From Vulcanimicrobiota bacterium (lineage in GTDB: Bacteria; Vulcanimicrobiota; Vulcanimicrobiia; Vulcanimicrobiales; Vulcanimicrobiaceae): a stretch of 64,000 bases of DNA. A model generated the notes under the pieces. That model saw only the letters and a list, made by a program, of their open reading frames with translations, was not told the origin of the DNA and searched no databases. Made by a program: the position numbers and the translations under genes. The first letter of the stretch is position 1. Every line of letters starts with the position of its first letter. Positions 58,826 through 64,000 of the stretch are shown here, piece by piece. Location of the stretch: positions 416,001 through 480,000 of the forward strand of contig CAWHWQ010000001.1 of assembly GCA_963833095.1 (NCBI GenBank). The letters run 5' to 3'.

Positions 58826-60126
58826 TTAGGAATCTTCTCTTGGAAGAACCAGCGCGATCGTCGGGTTGCTCAAGTACTTGCGCGCAACGCGTTGCAAATC
58901 GCTCGCGCTCGTCTGCGAGATCGCGTCGAGCGTGCGCGAGAGATAGTCCGCCTGTTGTCCATTTTCGTCATAGACCACAGCCAGCCAGGCTCGTGCCTCC
59001 AGGCTATTTGCGCTGCTGATAAAGTCCCCTGAGGCCATTGCTTTGAAATCCTCAATGGAACCTTGGAGTTTCGCGGATGCGAGAATGCTGGCAATCGAGA
59101 GCGCCGTCGCAAACGAGCGGTTCGGGTTCCCGATCCCCCCATTGACATACAGTACCAAGTTAGGCCGAGCGTTTTCGTATTGGTAAAGCGCGCCGACCGC
59201 TCGCGACGCATAGGTCTCGGAAACGACGCCGGGCACGTCGGCCATGTCGGCAAGCGTGCGCTGCATGAACGACGCAAGCACGAGCATCGGGCCAAAGTCT
59301 TTGCTGCCGACGAGCGGCGCAGGATACTGTGCGATAAGCCATGGTGCCGTGATGTCGCGCTGCGCGACGAGTTGTCGCGATGCGCCGGTGAGCTTAGGCA
59401 ATTGGACGCTCAGGGCCGTGGTGCTGCCGTCGGGCAGCGTTTGCCCAAAGCCCGCGAGCGTTCCCGCCGAAAGCGCGTCAATGCGGCCGGCCGCACTGAC
59501 ATACGTTCCACCGCGGCGATAGTAGGTAGCGTAGAACGCTTGCGCGTCGTCGGGACCGAGCGTGCGCGAGCGCAGCCGGCAGTCCCAACTCCGGCAAACC
59601 GGCATTGGCCGACGCGGCCAGCGTGAGCTGAGCATGTCCAGCCCGACCTGCAGCGCGATTTGCTGATTTTCGTCGATCGCCTGGTCAGCGTGACGCGCGC
59701 GGCCTGCACGGACGCGGCGTAGAAGGCGGGCGCCGCCAGCGCCGTGCGCGAAGCGTCCAGCACCGTCGCGGCATCCTCGCGAGCGCCTCGACGTCAAAGC
59801 GTACGTCGCCCGGATCGACGGTAAAGCGAACCGAACCGCCGCGCGCAGCGATCGCGTCGCTAGCGGCGCGGAAGGCGAACCGACCGGCGTGCGCAGGATC
59901 GTCTGCGCGGTGAACGCCGCGAGACCGTTCTGCTTCATCGTCTGGCGGTCGAGCCCGGCGCGCACGACGTACACGACGTCGACCAGCGATGCGTTGGCGT
60001 CGAGCTGGCGAACGATGGTCGTTCCGCCGCTGCTCTCCATCGTCGGGGCCGGCGCGGCGGCACCGGCTGCGAGCGCCGCAGACGGCGCGGCGACGAGCGC
60101 GGCCAGAAGGCGGCGATGAGTTTCAA
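58826..60126 (-). CDS. Secreted M16 (insulinase) peptidase-like protein without HXXEH (frameshifted)
   Basis: VRAGLDRQ, NGLAAF, FYATYY, DLQRVARKYL. Confidence 0.65.
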
Positions 60127-61437
60127 GATGTGGACTCCTTCGAGGTTGCGGACGAGCGTGACCGTAACCGCGTTCTTCAAGTAGCGTCGCACGATGACGG
60201 CAACGTAGTGCGGGATCGAGTTCGCGGGCCTTCGCGATGTAATTGCCGTTGGCGTCACCCGGCGCGTACGTGGCGTTGCCCTCGGCGGCGTACCAGCCGA
60301 GATTGTCCGCCTGCTGCTGCGGCGTCTGCGTATCGGAGGCAAGGTGATAGAGAAACGCTTCCCGCGCCGCCGCAAACGCGGCCGGATCCATCGGTTTTTC
60401 GAGCTTGGCAAGCTCGTCGAGCACGCGCTGTTTCGCCGCTTTGGCGGCGTCGCCGCCGACGGTGACGACCAGCACGCCGGGATCGTGCAGCGTGATGAAC
60501 TGCCCGTTGACGTAGGCGTCGGTCTTGCTCGCATCGAGCGCACGCGACACGACGCCGGTGTCGTCGCGGAACAAGATAATCGGCGATGAAGTCCATCGCG
60601 GTCGCCGCTTTTTCGTCGGCGATCGGCGGCCCGGCCCATGCCAAGCCGAGGCCGTCGACCGAGCCCGTCGACGTCTTTCTCCGCGAGCCGGCGCCAGCGT
60701 CGAATCGATCGGCGCGTCCGGCTGCCGCGGTGCCGCCGCCGTCGGTTACCGCGTCGATGCTCGACGCATCGACGTTGCCGGCGAGCGCGAGCACCGCGTT
60801 GCTCGAGCGGAACGCGCGCTTCGCAAAGGCGTCGACGTCGGCCGGCGTAATGCTGTGCGATCTGCGTCAGACGTCGTCGGAATCGGCGAATAGTGCGCCG
60901 GTCCCGAGGCAAAGAGTTGCGCAAAGAGCGGGTCGTGCAAGAGATCCTCGCGGCCGCGTACGTATTGCTTGCACCGCCAGGACCGCCGCGTCGCGCTGTG
61001 CCGACCTTCACGCGATCGTCGTCGATGGACGGCGCAAAGTATGCGGCGGTCATCGCGGCGACGATGCGCCGCGCCTGCGGAGCGGGTACGACCGCGTCCA
61101 CGCTGACGATGTCCGGATAGACGTTGATGTTCAAGTCGCCGCCGACGCTGTGCACCAATGCGAAGAGCGATTTGCCGCGATGCCAGCGGTGCCGCCGCAG
61201 CGGCCGTCGCCGCGAGCCGCGAGATACCGGGCGAAGCGTTGTCGTAGCCTGCTCCCGGCGCACGGAACCAAAGGCTGACGGCCGCGGCTGCCGACCGTCG
61301 TGTCGGGGCGCAGAACGTAGGTGCCGCCGCGCGGCAACGCTCCGGCCTGCTGCTGCGCCGAGCTCGCCGCACACGGCAACGGCGCAAGCATCTTGCCGAT
61401 ACGCCGAGCATAACGGCCAGGAGCAGCGCCCCGCGCT

Positions 61438-61441
<4 letters not shown>
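60123..61441 (-). CDS. Secreted M16 peptidase-like protein without HXXEH (frameshifted)
   Basis: LPRGG, VSLWFRAPGAG, PGISRLAA, GGDLN, LALAGNVD, DPGVL. Confidence 0.65.
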
Positions 61442-63376
<1,935 letters not shown>

Positions 63377-63465
63377 TTATTTTGCTTTCGGACCCAGGTG
63401 CGTCGCTAGATTAAACACGTTTCCCGGGCGAACGTTTCCTTAGACGGCGCCGCTCTCACACAGGC

Positions 63466-64000
63466 TTAACCGTCGGTAAAGACCTCGGGCCGAAGCTGCG
63501 CCAGGTACGGCAGGTTCCGGAACAATTCCTGATAGTCCAGACCGTAACCTACGACGAACGCGTCGGGCGCCTGAAGCCCCACGTATTCGACCGTCACGTC
63601 GACCAGCCGGTGATACGGCTTGTCGAAGAGGACACAGGCGCGCAGACTCGCCGGATTTCGCTCTCCCAGTAACGCGCGCAAGTACTGCAGCGTGAGGCCG
63701 TTGTCGACGATGTCTTCGACAATCACCACGTGCCGGCCGGCTGACCGGATCGGTCAGATCCATGAGAAGTCGCACCTCACCTGAGGATCCGCTGGCATTC
63801 CCATAGCTGGAGACGCACATGAAGTCCACGCGATCTCGCTGGGCCCGTCCGGTATCGCCGCAGAGGCGCGGGCCAGGTCGGCGGTGACATAAAGCGCACC
63901 CTTGAGGACGCCGAGAAGTGTCAACGGCACGCGGCGGTGATCGGCCAGCGATCTCGCTGGCCAGCCGCTCGATTGCCGACGCGATCTCGCTGCTGGAAAA
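63466..64000 (-). CDS. hpt: Hypoxanthine phosphoribosyltransferase, partial (frameshifted)
   Basis: GVLKGA, DFMCVSSYG, VIVEDIVDNGLTL, FVVGYGLDY, RNLP; hpt-ftsH synteny. Confidence 0.93.

Overview
GC-rich bacterial chromosomal window made up mostly of core genes. It contains pstB/PhoR/PhoB, a class I aldolase, a Clp ATPase, the rimP-nusA-ylxR-infB-rbfA-nrnA-truB-ribF operon, pyk, a phospholipase C, and the accB-like/accC-nusB-PBP1A-xseAB-tlyA-nadK-recN-primpol-ligase run. It also holds folate and molybdopterin genes, c-di-GMP-related proteins, an exbB-exbD-exbD-tonB-tonB cluster, rluB, rho, a 3D/G5 gene with ksgA, three GT4 glycosyltransferases, two M16-like proteins, ftsH and hpt. Firmicute-like synteny, a GAAC-N4-GTTC SOS box and TonB/ExbBD together suggest a diderm Terrabacteria lineage such as Eremiobacterota (inference only). 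Blocks at about 1-3.3, 16.2-18.2, 22.0-22.2, 29.8-34.5 and 58-64 kb carry many single-base indels in essential genes. These are most likely long-read assembly errors, so gene ends there are approximate. No CRISPR array, rRNA, tRNA, transposase or prophage was recognised. Most interesting signals: (1) a promoter-driven ~280-nt ten-hairpin candidate ncRNA upstream of rimP; (2) a LexA-boxed leaderless gene for an unknown RNase-H-fold protein next to a DNA glycosylase; (3) a BCCP homolog lacking the biotin lysine; (4) several apparent non-canonical start codons (CUG, AUU, GUA); (5) an N/Q/R-rich Rho extension; (6) a Zn-finger/hydrophobic-anchor Clp ATPase; (7) a coupled degenerate HD-GYP and degenerate DNA methyltransferase pair; (8) three families of dispersed structured repeats, two showing covariation.
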